Of a DNA stretch of 64,000 bases, positions 53,818 to 64,000 are shown piece after piece. Source of the stretch: Carcharhinus longimanus (taxonomy: Eukaryota); assembly GCA_030264375.1 (NCBI GenBank), contig JASCQW010000081.1:73114202-73178201 (forward strand), in the 5' to 3' direction. Position numbers and translations under genes: made by a program. The notes under the pieces are model-generated. The model was not told where the DNA came from. It did not search any database and worked only from the letters and a program-made list of their open reading frames with translations. Positions within the stretch are counted from its first letter, which is position 1. Each line of letters begins with the position of its first letter.

Positions 53818-54440
53818 TTGCTTTCATTGGTCACAACACTGAATACAGGAGCTGGAATGTCTTGTTGAAGTTGTACAAGACGTTGGTAAGGCCACACTTG
53901 GAATACTGTGTACAGTTCTGGTCACCCTATTATAGAAAGGTTATTAAACTAGAAAGAGTGTAGAAAAGATTTACTAGGATGCTACAGGGACCTGATGATT
54001 TGATTTATAAAGGAGGTGCTGGTAGACTGGGACTTCCTTCTCTGGAGCTTGGAGGCTTAGGGATGATCTTATAGGAGGTCTATAAAATAATGAGGGGCAT
54101 AAGTGAAATGGATAGTCAACATCTTTTCCCAAAGGCAAGAGAGAGTAAAACTAGAGGGCAAAGATTTAAGGTGAGGTGAGAGAAATACAAAAGGTTCCAG
54201 AGGGACAAATTTTTCACTCAGATGTTGGTGAGTGTCTGGAATAAGTTGCCAGAGGTAGTAACAGAGGCTGGTACGATTTTGTCTTCTAAAATGCATTTAG
54301 TCAGTTAAGTGGATAAGATTGGTAAGAGGGATATTAGCCAAATACAGGCAATTGGGACGAGCTTAATGGTAAAAACTGGGTGACATGGACAAATTGAGCC
54401 AAAGGGCCTGTTTCCATGATGTAAATCTCTATGACACTAA
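53818..54440 (+). mobile_element. CR1 3' fragment
   Basis: LYKTLVRPHLEYCVQFWSPYYRK. Confidence 0.85.
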
Positions 54441-55721
54441 GTGAACCTTTCCCTGGAAAGTCAATTAAAATTAAAACTAAGGCTAGAAGATATTGTGAAA
54501 ACTTTAGGCTGTTGCTTTAACCTGTTTCCAACAAGCAACAACTTTCTGCTCCAAGCCCGCCTTTTCCTGGCTCCAAGTCCAGTGCTTTCCTCTGCCAGGT
54601 TGCAATGGTTTCATTTCACTCTGCCAGTCTCCCACTCTCTTTTATCCTCTCACTTCCCTCCCGGTAATATTCTGAGGCCGTCACCAGGAATTGCCACTGG
54701 ATCCTTGAACACAAGTTACTAAGGGCTGAAAAGGGGTCGCAGGAGAAGTGAAGAGTCAATGGCAAGGACAGATGGGTAGTTCTCAGCAGACACCCACACT
54801 TCTCAAAACCGGTTCCCTCAATCAGACACTGTCTCCCAGTGAACCAGTGATCCTCTTAGATAGGCCTCTGGCAAACCCAACCAGGTTTGCTGGGCAGGCT
54901 TTGAAAACTACCAGACAACTGTGCAACTCCAATTTAATCCCTGAGCCACCTCTAAATTCTGATACACTCAGGGATAATTGGTGTCAATTGACTCATTAAA
55001 TGAACCTGACTGAAAAACTGCCACAAGAGAGCAGGTTTTGCACACTGGCCCCATCCCACCATCACGAGGAAACTGACACTCCCATGATTAAGTGAGCCCA
55101 GCTGCCAAGTTTCCTGGCGAATTAAACTGCACCTTGGAGGCTTAGGAATGATCTTATAGGAGGTCTATAAAATAATGAGGGGCATAAGTGAAATAGATAG
55201 TCAATATCTTTTCCCAAAGGCAAGGGAGAGTAAAACTAGAGGGCAGGTTTGGTGGGGGCAAGCCCCAGTGACCCAAGCCAGGAATCAAATCCGGGTCTGT
55301 GGCGCTGTGAGGCAGCAGAGCTAACCACTATGTTACCGTGCTGCCCATCAGAGCTATCATTCACTTTGTTGGACTTTCAAGCCGACATCTCTATTTTGAT
55401 GACTGAAACCTGTTTGGAAGATGTGTGTGGACAAATAACACTGAATAGTAGGTATAGTAGCAAACCATTAGCTGAGGAATAATTATTTTTCAACTGATCG
55501 GGTATCTGTGAGATCCTGCAGAGCAGTATATAGCTGTTAGCTGTATCCCCACAACAATGGACACTATTTTCAGATGTTACTTTCTTAATACAAGATGCCC
55601 TGTGAGAAACCTTTTATGATGTGGAGCCATGAATGCTTCCTGTATTACCTCTGTTTTTAAGCTGAAATTGGCTGTCAGCTCCAGTTGCCCTTTGCAGCAC
55701 GTGTTTCACTCACTATCATAC

Positions 55722-55892
55722 CTGCTCCCACTCCTGAGACACCCAGTGGGGAGGGCAGTCTTTATCTCCGCAGGGGTGCACTGCCAGGGGCTTTGTCATC
55801 AAGTCGCACTGAGAGTCTGGTAACACCTTCCCATCATTGTTCCTGCAAACCACATAGCGTGTCATGCGGCCCTCTCCACACACTCCCGAGCA
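55722..55892 (-). CDS. adamtsl7: ADAMTSL2-like protein exon (TSR1)
   Basis: ag|[57 protein letters not shown]|gtatga; 171 nt; compare ADAMTSL2 TKPLAIHPCGDKNCPAHW. Confidence 0.87.
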
Positions 55893-57717
55893 CTTTAATG
55901 AGAAAAGGAAAAACGCAGTTTAAATCAATCAATCATAATAGCTCACATCAACAACTCACGCAACATCACCCAAATTTAAAACCCCAGCAGTTTGAAGGAC
56001 TGCACAGCGGGCTTTTCAATGCTGCATGGCATCCACATCTCACCCAGGACAACCAGGGTCACCAACCATCCAGTGTCTCTAGGAATCAAAGGTCAGTCTC
56101 CAGGACACTGCTGCATGTAATCATGAAGAAAAATCATCAGGGCGCTAAAAATGAATGCTTCTTGGTCATTTTCTTTACACATTACTCTTTAATAGATATA
56201 AAACTATGGAAAGTGGGCTAGCATTGGCAGAGGAAGATACAAGGATTGAAGGACTAGCTAACAAATGGCTGAAGCATGGAGGCAAGTCATGGGGCTAACC
56301 CAAGATTACATTTCATTACAAGTTGGCAACGCAACTCCTGAGGTGGAAAAATATCACCATCCTTCCACAGTTAATGGGACAAAATCCAGACCTCCCACTC
56401 AAACAGCACAGTGAAAATGCCTTGACCCATGGGCTGCAGGGCTTTAAGGCCTACCAGCCTCTTGGGGCAATTCATGATGGGTAATAAATGCACGCCTTAC
56501 CTTTGACAGCCATATGCCAAGAATGAATATTGAGTGAACACATATTACACAGAAGATGTCACAAAGCACTTCACCTGTAAAAATACTGGATGGAGATGTT
56601 AGGAGGGATGAGCAAAAGCTTGGTCAAAAAATAGGGTTATAAAAGGAGAAGAGGGAGGTGAGAAGGCAAGGCATGGGACAAAAACCAGAGTGACCAAAAA
56701 TGGAGTGAAGGAAGCGTTGGGTAAAGTACAAGAGGCTGCAATTAGTGAAAAGGGGGAATTATGGAGCTGGAGAAAGTCGCAGAAACAGAAAAGGAAGAGG
56801 GAAACCATTTCAACATGGAGGGATGAGCATTGGAAATTTGAGGCACTGAAGGTGCAAGATTAGAAGAGGATGAAGCAGTCTGGATGGAGTGCAGGACTTG
56901 TTATAGGAAGGAAAGGATGAATTTTCAATGGTCAGGAGTTGTTGGCCACTGGAGGATGGGGAGGTCAGCCAGGAGAAACTTGGAGTAATTGAGTCTGGAA
57001 GTGACAAAGGCAACAGCAATTGTAAGTTGAGTTAGCATTGATATAGGTGAATGATCTTTGTGGTGGAGGTGGAATGGGTCAGAAACCAGTTTGAACAGGT
57101 TGCAGTCAAGTGGCCTGGGTTATCCCGAGAAGTATCTGGGAGGGGTAGGGTTTTTAAACACAAGCCAAAAACAATGGATTTGGTCCTAGTTCATTTAGAC
57201 AGAAAGCATGACTCCTCCATATTAAATTTCCATTCCTTACAGAACATTTCTTTTTTCATTTAAAGACATTCTCCAGCGAGAAGTAGGTTGCCAGGCAATA
57301 CTTAATCAACTCAAAAACCTAGATTACCTAAAGACATAATACAGCCACCCAAGCAGCAGATCTTCCACTGTGCTGGGGGACAGCAAGGGAAGCAGACTGT
57401 CTATAACAAGGCAATTTCCCAAGATACTAAGATTAGTGTGCCAACTCGAGCAAACGCTGCTAGTCCATCTGAAAAAAGTGAATTCTGAAATATTTGCTAC
57501 AAAACCCCAAAACATACAGCACATTAGGCTAACATGATACAAAAAAAACACACTATAGAGACAAGTCAGTCCACTGCTAGAATCAAACTCACAAGAACTC
57601 CTGGTGCCTTCTTTCTTTAGAGTCAGGAGGGGCAATAGTGCCAGAGACTATAGAGTGAGGCGAGAGCATAGCAAAATAAATAGGTGAGGGGTACGGGTTC
57701 CTGAGCATTCATCTCAG

Positions 57718-60700
57718 TGTGAGGTATGTGTCCCCGAGTGTTAATGTCAGTGTAGCTTAGGTTTTCATGCTTTGTTAGTGTGGGGTGTGCGGCCCTTACT
57801 GTTTGCATCAGTGTGGGTGTGAGTAATGTGATTAGCAGCTGGAAACAGAACTGAAAAATCTATCATTCTGCTAATAGGAAAAACTTTGGGGTATATGATT
57901 GCACTATCCAAGGAAGGCTTACATGTTAATCTTTTAGAACTAACAGAAGCTGAGGAAGCAAATAGGGAGAATCTTCAAAGCAAAACAATGGTATTATTGA
58001 TGACCTTTTCATGGAAGCAGGAGGCAGATTCAATCTAGCACCAAGAGGCAGGGTCCACCTAGCACCCCAAGAGCCCATAACCCAGCAGACCAGAAGCAAG
58101 AGTGCAGAAATCTTTGTGAAGGCTGTTAAAACCATGTCTTTGCTGAACCAAAAGATGCTTCCCAGAATAACTATTCAATTATATACAATGAGGTAATTAT
58201 AAGCTGGCCTTTACTTCTAGATCTATTGAATTGGATGTTGTTTGAGGAGAGAGAAGTCCTGAAAGAGTTCTTGTAAACATATTTTGAAACAAAAAGGGCA
58301 ATTTCTACTCAACTTTGTGGGTGAGTTTAGTAGTTTCTTGTACGCAACTGTCTTAGATCATTATAGTCCTGTGTGTGTAAATGTGTCTTTTCTTTATTGT
58401 AATAAATAGCTTTTAAATCAGTGTTATACTAGGACTGGGCTTGTTACTGTTCTCACTGAGTATTACACATGGGTCCTTCCACCATTCCTGTAGACAAAAC
58501 TGTACACCACCATGAACCAGTATTTTCAAGTCGGGATACCCTCGCAGTTATCATCAGAGGGGCATCGCCCTAGAAAATTAGGGGCTCAAGTCTGGGATAC
58601 TAATAAGCTTAAATTCCTTAGATGTAGGGGATTTTTGACTTTGCACCTAATGAGTAATGGCCATGTGTAAACAAGTGAGAATGTTTTATTTAAAATAACA
58701 GGATTGCAAAATGGTTTTGGAGGTAGTTTGATCTTAGCTGGAAGTAGATAATATAACCGGAGCAAGTTTAAAAAGTATGCCAAAACTAAATTGATGGAAT
58801 TGGCAAATAAATTGGAAGCAGCTTCATTTACACTAGCTTAGAAAGCTGAGATACTTGTCTAAGTCTAGCAACTCATTTAAATATACAAGAGGGGTTAGCC
58901 AGACCCAATATTCCGAGAAGGGAAGAAATCAAACTAGCTAAGCTTCAAGTAGAAAGAGCACATCAATTAGGTTAATGATGCAGGAAAGAGAGAGAGAGAA
59001 AAAAAAGGAAAGAGAGGGAAAGAGAAGAGATGGAAAAAGAGAGAAAGAAAAGAGATGTAAAGAGAGAGGAAAGAGCCAAAGAGAGATTTGTAAAGGAACG
59101 AAGGAAGAAAGGGAGGGAGCATGAAATTAAACTGCGACGAATGGCAGCAGGTACAGTGCTGAATGAAGAAGAAAGTGATTCAAGGCAGGAAGCCTGTGGG
59201 GAAATGTTCAGATACGTACAAGCTCTCCCAAAATTCAATGCAAAAGAAATCAAGACTTCGTGTGTTTTGAGAAAATAGCTAGGCAGATGAGATTGCCACA
59301 AGACATTTGGACCCTACTCACACAGGCTAAATTTATAGGTAGGGCTTGTGAGGCATATGTGGCTCTGTCTGAGGAAAGGTCTGGAGACTGAGGCAGTGAA
59401 GAACACTTGAATGTGTACTTATGAGCTGGTGTCAAAGGCTTACACTTTAGAGATATAAGAAAACTAACTGGGTAAACGTACCATGAATTTGAAAGGGTCA
59501 AACAAAGTCAGTTTGATAAATGGATGTGATAGCTGAAAGCTATGGAGCACTTAGGGAGATCATTTTGCTGGCAGAATTTAAAGATTCGCCTGTCATGATT
59601 AGAACGCATGTCGAGAACAAAATGTTAAAACAGCCAGACAAGCTGCAGAGCTTGAGAACAATTATGAATGGGTTCCCAGACTAAAGCTTTTCTTTAGACC
59701 CATCTTTAGATCAGAGGAAACTAGAAACTTGGAAGGTGCAAGGGGGGCAGGCTAGCGAGAGAGGGAGAGATAGGAAGGTCCAAGGAGAATCCCCCTCAAA
59801 ATCAACCCGAGTCTGTTGGAGGAGTGAGAGATAAAAGTCAGGTGTTTTCATTGCAACAAACTGAGCCACACCAAATCATAATGCTGGAGACTAAATGGTC
59901 ATCCAGTTGGGGTTATCAATCATACACAGGATAAAGGAAACTTAAAGGCTGGAGAATCAAAGAAGACAGTTGGATTGGTACACTGTGACAAAGGGGATAA
60001 AAATGTGCACACCACTTGCACAGGGGTAGAATGACCAGCAGGTGGCAGATATATTCAAAAGATTTTGTGCGTAAAAGGTAAATATTTCCATGTGGGCAGG
60101 ATAGAATGGTAAAATATAATAATATGGAGATGCTGGCATTGGACCGGAGTGGGCACAGTAAGAAGGCTGAAGGAGCACTGCTCCAAAAGCTTGTGATTCC
60201 AAATAAACCTGTTGGACTTTAATCGGGTGTTCTTAAAATGTAACAAGATGTTGGTGCAAATCGATCTCCGTCTTATGAGATGGAGATATTTGTTGCCCAG
60301 AAGGGATGTTGCTGGAGATGGTGTTAGATAATTCACAGAATTCAACGAGAAACAGAAGAAATCCCTTCAATAAAAGTAAGCTTAGAGAGTAGCTTGGAGA
60401 TAGAAGTAGTGATAAGCATCGTTGAAACCCTACCCATTGCAGGTATTCAATTCATTCTAGGGAATGATATAGCAGGATTACAGATGGTCATGATGCTTAC
60501 TGTGGTCGAGCAGCTGGTAGAAAATCCAGCCACAGAACAATTACAAACACTCCACCCTGGGTTTAAGATGGTGTAGTGACATGATCACAAGTTCAGCAGC
60601 TAAGACAAACGAGAAAGGAGTTGTGAGCCCAGGGCAAGGCAAAGGGAATCAGGTTATCTGATATCATCTTTAGCAAGTTAACCAAGAATGAGGTAGATGT

Positions 60701-61410
60701 AGAGAGTGAGAATGATGGGTTGAATTTCAAGACCTTAGTTGAATTACTGCAGAGTGGCTCAAGATTAAAACAACTCTATTAAGCTGCAGACTCAGTACTA
60801 GAACTCAAAGCATTTCCAAATGTGACCATGTACATGAGAACAAGCACGAGGCCTTGTTAGTCACAAAGCAGGGGGAGGATCAGGGAGAAAATTGTAATAG
60901 TGACTGCCCTAAAATTAGACAATGAGGAAATACTGGGAAATTTAAACCAGTGGATACGTCATCCCTCAGATAAGAGATAAAGCAAACTGACAGAATTACT
61001 GCAGACCTATAAAATGTATTTACAGGGATAAACTAGGTAAAATGGAGCTTGTGACACATGGAGGAGATGTGGCGGATACCTTTCCGAACAAACATCATCC
61101 ATATAGGTTAGGTCCAGCTAAGTCATTGCAAATATAAAAGGAAATGGAGTACATGCTCCAAAATGATCTTACTGAATTAAGTTCTAGTGACTGGAGTCCT
61201 ATTGTCCCAGTGCCCAAGTCAGATGGAACCCAGAAACCGTGTGTGGATTACAGGTGAATGCCGTAACTAAGATTTGTTTCCTATTCCACCGAGAGTGTTG
61301 AACAATCGAAATTCATTTGGGTGGGGTGGTGTTTGTCCCCATGTGTTAATGTCTGTGGAGTGTGTGTGTCTTTATTAAATAGTCTGTGTTGATGGTCTAT
61401 TTTGTGGGTA
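57718..61410 (+). mobile_element. Decayed, internally deleted Gmr1-like Gypsy LTR retrotransposon in an ADAMTSL intron (antisense)
   Basis: LTR ~57718-58575; tRNA-Pro PBS-like taggggctcaagtctgggat 58579-58598. gag with an E/K/R coiled coil, ALPKF..FEKIA..LREIILLAEFK and knuckle CFHCNKLSHTKS*C. Protease ILGNDIAG; RT start HPYRL...PIVPVPKSDGTQKPCVDYR. G-rich PPT-like tract and the start of a second LTR at ~61320-61360. Confidence 0.82.
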
Positions 61411-61467
61411 GCAAACAGTACAGTTCCTCAGGATATATTAGACTGGTAAAATGAGTGCAGTACTTAC

Positions 61468-61623
61468 TGGTCCCCAGTCTGATGCAGTCCAGCGACGGTC
61501 ACATGGAGGACCCATGCATTCCTTCTTGTTGCTTGGCTTGGTGTACTCATCGCACAGGCGAGGTTCCACTGAGCAGCGAACCTCACGTCTCATGATGCCC
61601 CTGGTGCCACAGCGGGCTGAACA
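61468..61623 (-). CDS. adamtsl7: ADAMTSL2-like protein exon (TSR1)
   Basis: ag|CSARCGTRGIMRREVRCSVEPRLCDEYTKPSNKKECMGPPCDRRWTASDWGP|gtaagt; 156 nt, phase 0/0; colinear with ADAMTSL2 (GPPCDRQWTVSDWGP). The symbol is inferred from divergence and synteny. Confidence 0.85.
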
Positions 61624-62179
61624 CTAAATGCAAAAGAATGAATGTTGTTAGCTGGGTGGGTTCCACATCGAGATTATTCCATCTATCGGTAGCTGGGGAT
61701 CGATATACCTGGTCAGGACTGAATCCTGCAAAATATGAAGACACTTCATCCCATAAAATGTGGAATTTAAGGAGCATTGCACTGGGAACATAGAAACTGG
61801 AGAAGTAAATTCAGCCCCTCAAGTTGTTCGGCCATTCACTTTAATCATCTTTGATTTGTACGTTAAATCCCCTTGCCAGCTTTGCTCCATATCCCCATGA
61901 ATCCTCACCTAACAAAATCTATTCTCAACCTGGAAATTTCTAAACATTATGCAGGACATGTGGCACGGAAGTAGATCTTTTCCCAACCACTCCATGCTAG
62001 TGGCTCCATTCGAACTTCTTCCCATCTTTTCTCATCTAAATTTACCTTGTATTCAATTTCACTATTACTCCAGTTCTCCCAGACAGAGTTTCAGATTACT
62101 GCTCTGCATGGCATCACTCCTGAATGAGCAAGCAATAACTTCAAAATTCTCACCGGTCCTTAATTACTCTGTAAGAAGT

Positions 62180-62985
62180 CTCACAACACCAGGTTAAAGT
62201 CCAACAGGTTTATTTGGTAGCAAACGCCACTAGCTTTCAGAGCGCTNNNNNNNNNNNNNNNNNNNNNNNNNNNNNNNNNNNNNNNNNNNNNNNNNNNNNN
62301 NNNNNNNNNNNNNNNNNNNNNNNNNNNNNNNNNNNNNNNNNNNNNNCCTGGTAATTGTTGAGCAGAGTTCATTCATCCATTGTTGTACTGTCTGCGTGGT
62401 CTCCCCAACGTACCATGCCTCGGGACATTCTTTCCTGCAGTGTGTCAGGTAAACAACGTTGACCGAGTTGCAAGAGTATGTATCGTGTACCTGGTAGATG
62501 GTGTTCTCACATGAGATGATGGCATCTGTGTCAATGAACCGGCACGTCTCGCAGAGGTTGCTGTGGCAGGGTTGTGTGGTGTCATTGTTACTGTTCTCCT
62601 GAAGGCTGGGTAGTTTGCTGGGGTAATGGTCTATTTGAGGTTGTACAGTAGTTTGAAGGCAAGAAGTGGGGATGCCCTTGGTGAGATGTTCTTCTTCATC
62701 AATGACATGTTGAAGGTTTCGGGGAAGATGTTGTGGCTTCTCCGCTCCAGGGAAGTACTGGATGACGAAGGGTACTCTGTCCGCCGTGTCCCGTGATTGT
62801 CTTCTGAGGAGGTTGTTGCAGTTTTTCGCTATGGCGCGTCAAAACTGTCGATCGATGAGTCGAGCGCCATATCCTGTTCTTATGAGGGCATCTTTCAGCA
62901 TCTGTAGATCTGTTGAGATCCTCCTCATCTGAGTAGATCCTGTGTATACGGAGGACTTGTCTGTAGGTGATGGCTTCTTTAACAT
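62180..62985 (-). mobile_element. Penelope-like element, 3' part (RT thumb, Cys linker, GIY-YIG endonuclease, terminal repeat)
   Basis: RVPFVIQYFPG; PCHSNLCETC; CNSVNVVYLTHCRKECPEAWYVGET; tail aaataaacctgttggactttaacctggtgttgtg. Confidence 0.85.
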
Positions 62986-64000
62986 TAATTACTCCACCAG
63001 AGGAAATAGTTTCTCTGGATTTACCCTTTCAAATCCCTTTATTAGTTTCAACATCTCATAGAATCCCTACAGTACAAAGGAGGCCATTCAGCCCATCGAG
63101 TCTGTACAATCCCACCCAGGCCATATCTCCTTAACCCTACGTATTTACTCTGCAGCTCCCCCGACACTATGGGGTATTTACCATGGCCAATCAACCTAAC
63201 CCACACACCTTTGGACTGCAATCAAATCATCTCTCAAGTCTTCTATAAATCAAGAGAACAGAAGACATATTGTCCTCAATTTAATTCTGAGCCCTGGTAT
63301 ATTTCTGTTGGATCCGCACTAATGTCTCCTCAGATGTCAATACCTCTTGAAGCACTCAAAAGATGCAGTCCTCCAGAGCTCTGTACATGGCAACATACTT
63401 TCCTACCTTTTGTCTTCCAGTCTCCTTATCTTGAGGCTAAGTTCTAGTTATCTTTTATTACTGTTTGTATCTGTCCTTTAACTCTAAAAGGAGGTATCCA
63501 CATTCTACCTTGCATCTCTCCTTCCTCTTTCCTTCATCTGCCGTCACTCACAGACAGTCGGAGGGTTGATATTTTGTACAGAACACCCTGGTTAATGGTG
63601 TCACAAGCTGGAAGAAGAGGCTATGGGCAGCATTCCTGACTTAAAGGGGAAAATAGACTTCAAATCAGGGGCATTTACATTCCTGGGCTGCCACTGCTTT
63701 CCTGGCTTGTGATTGGTTTGTCAGCATTCGAGAACCTTAAGGAAAGGTTATAGACAAGTTAAAACAGAGGAAAGAGATCATCTCAAAAGTTCCACAGAAA
63801 AATATATCTTCAGCTCACTACCTTCTAACAAAATAACTTCCTCCCAAGAGTACACAACTCTACAAATGAGGAAGAAGGTCAATTTCTCTGGTCTGAATAG
63901 TTCTGGTTCATGGTGGGGAATGGGCACTCAGCAAACCCAGAGAAAAAGAGGGGGAATTCACCTTATGGGAATGTGTCCGGGTGAACACACCAGATGGCAG

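Overview
Repeat-rich vertebrate genomic DNA with many N gaps. HE1-type V-SINEs, CR1, Rex1, Penelope and Gypsy repeats point to an elasmobranch (shark). Two host genes converge. The first is a complete two-coding-exon FAM163-family gene on + (4214-4306, 7021-7386; 152 aa; FAM163A-type). The second is four 3' thrombospondin-repeat exons of an ADAMTSL2-like gene on - (61623 down to 49022), probably the adamtsl7 paralogue; its terminal PLAC exon was not found. The most notable non-genic items are: (1) a full-length but decayed Ty1/Copia-order LTR retrotransposon (25015-31642; LTR-gag-PR-IN-RT-RH-PPT-LTR) carrying nested Rex1 and SINE insertions; (2) several short segments copied from sequence 1-3 kb away and inserted into other repeats; (3) minimal hammerhead-ribozyme motifs in Penelope-type repeats; (4) a perfect 28-bp hairpin; (5) a Gmr1-like Gypsy element in an ADAMTSL intron. 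All calls were made by eye without database searches, and repeat boundaries are approximate.
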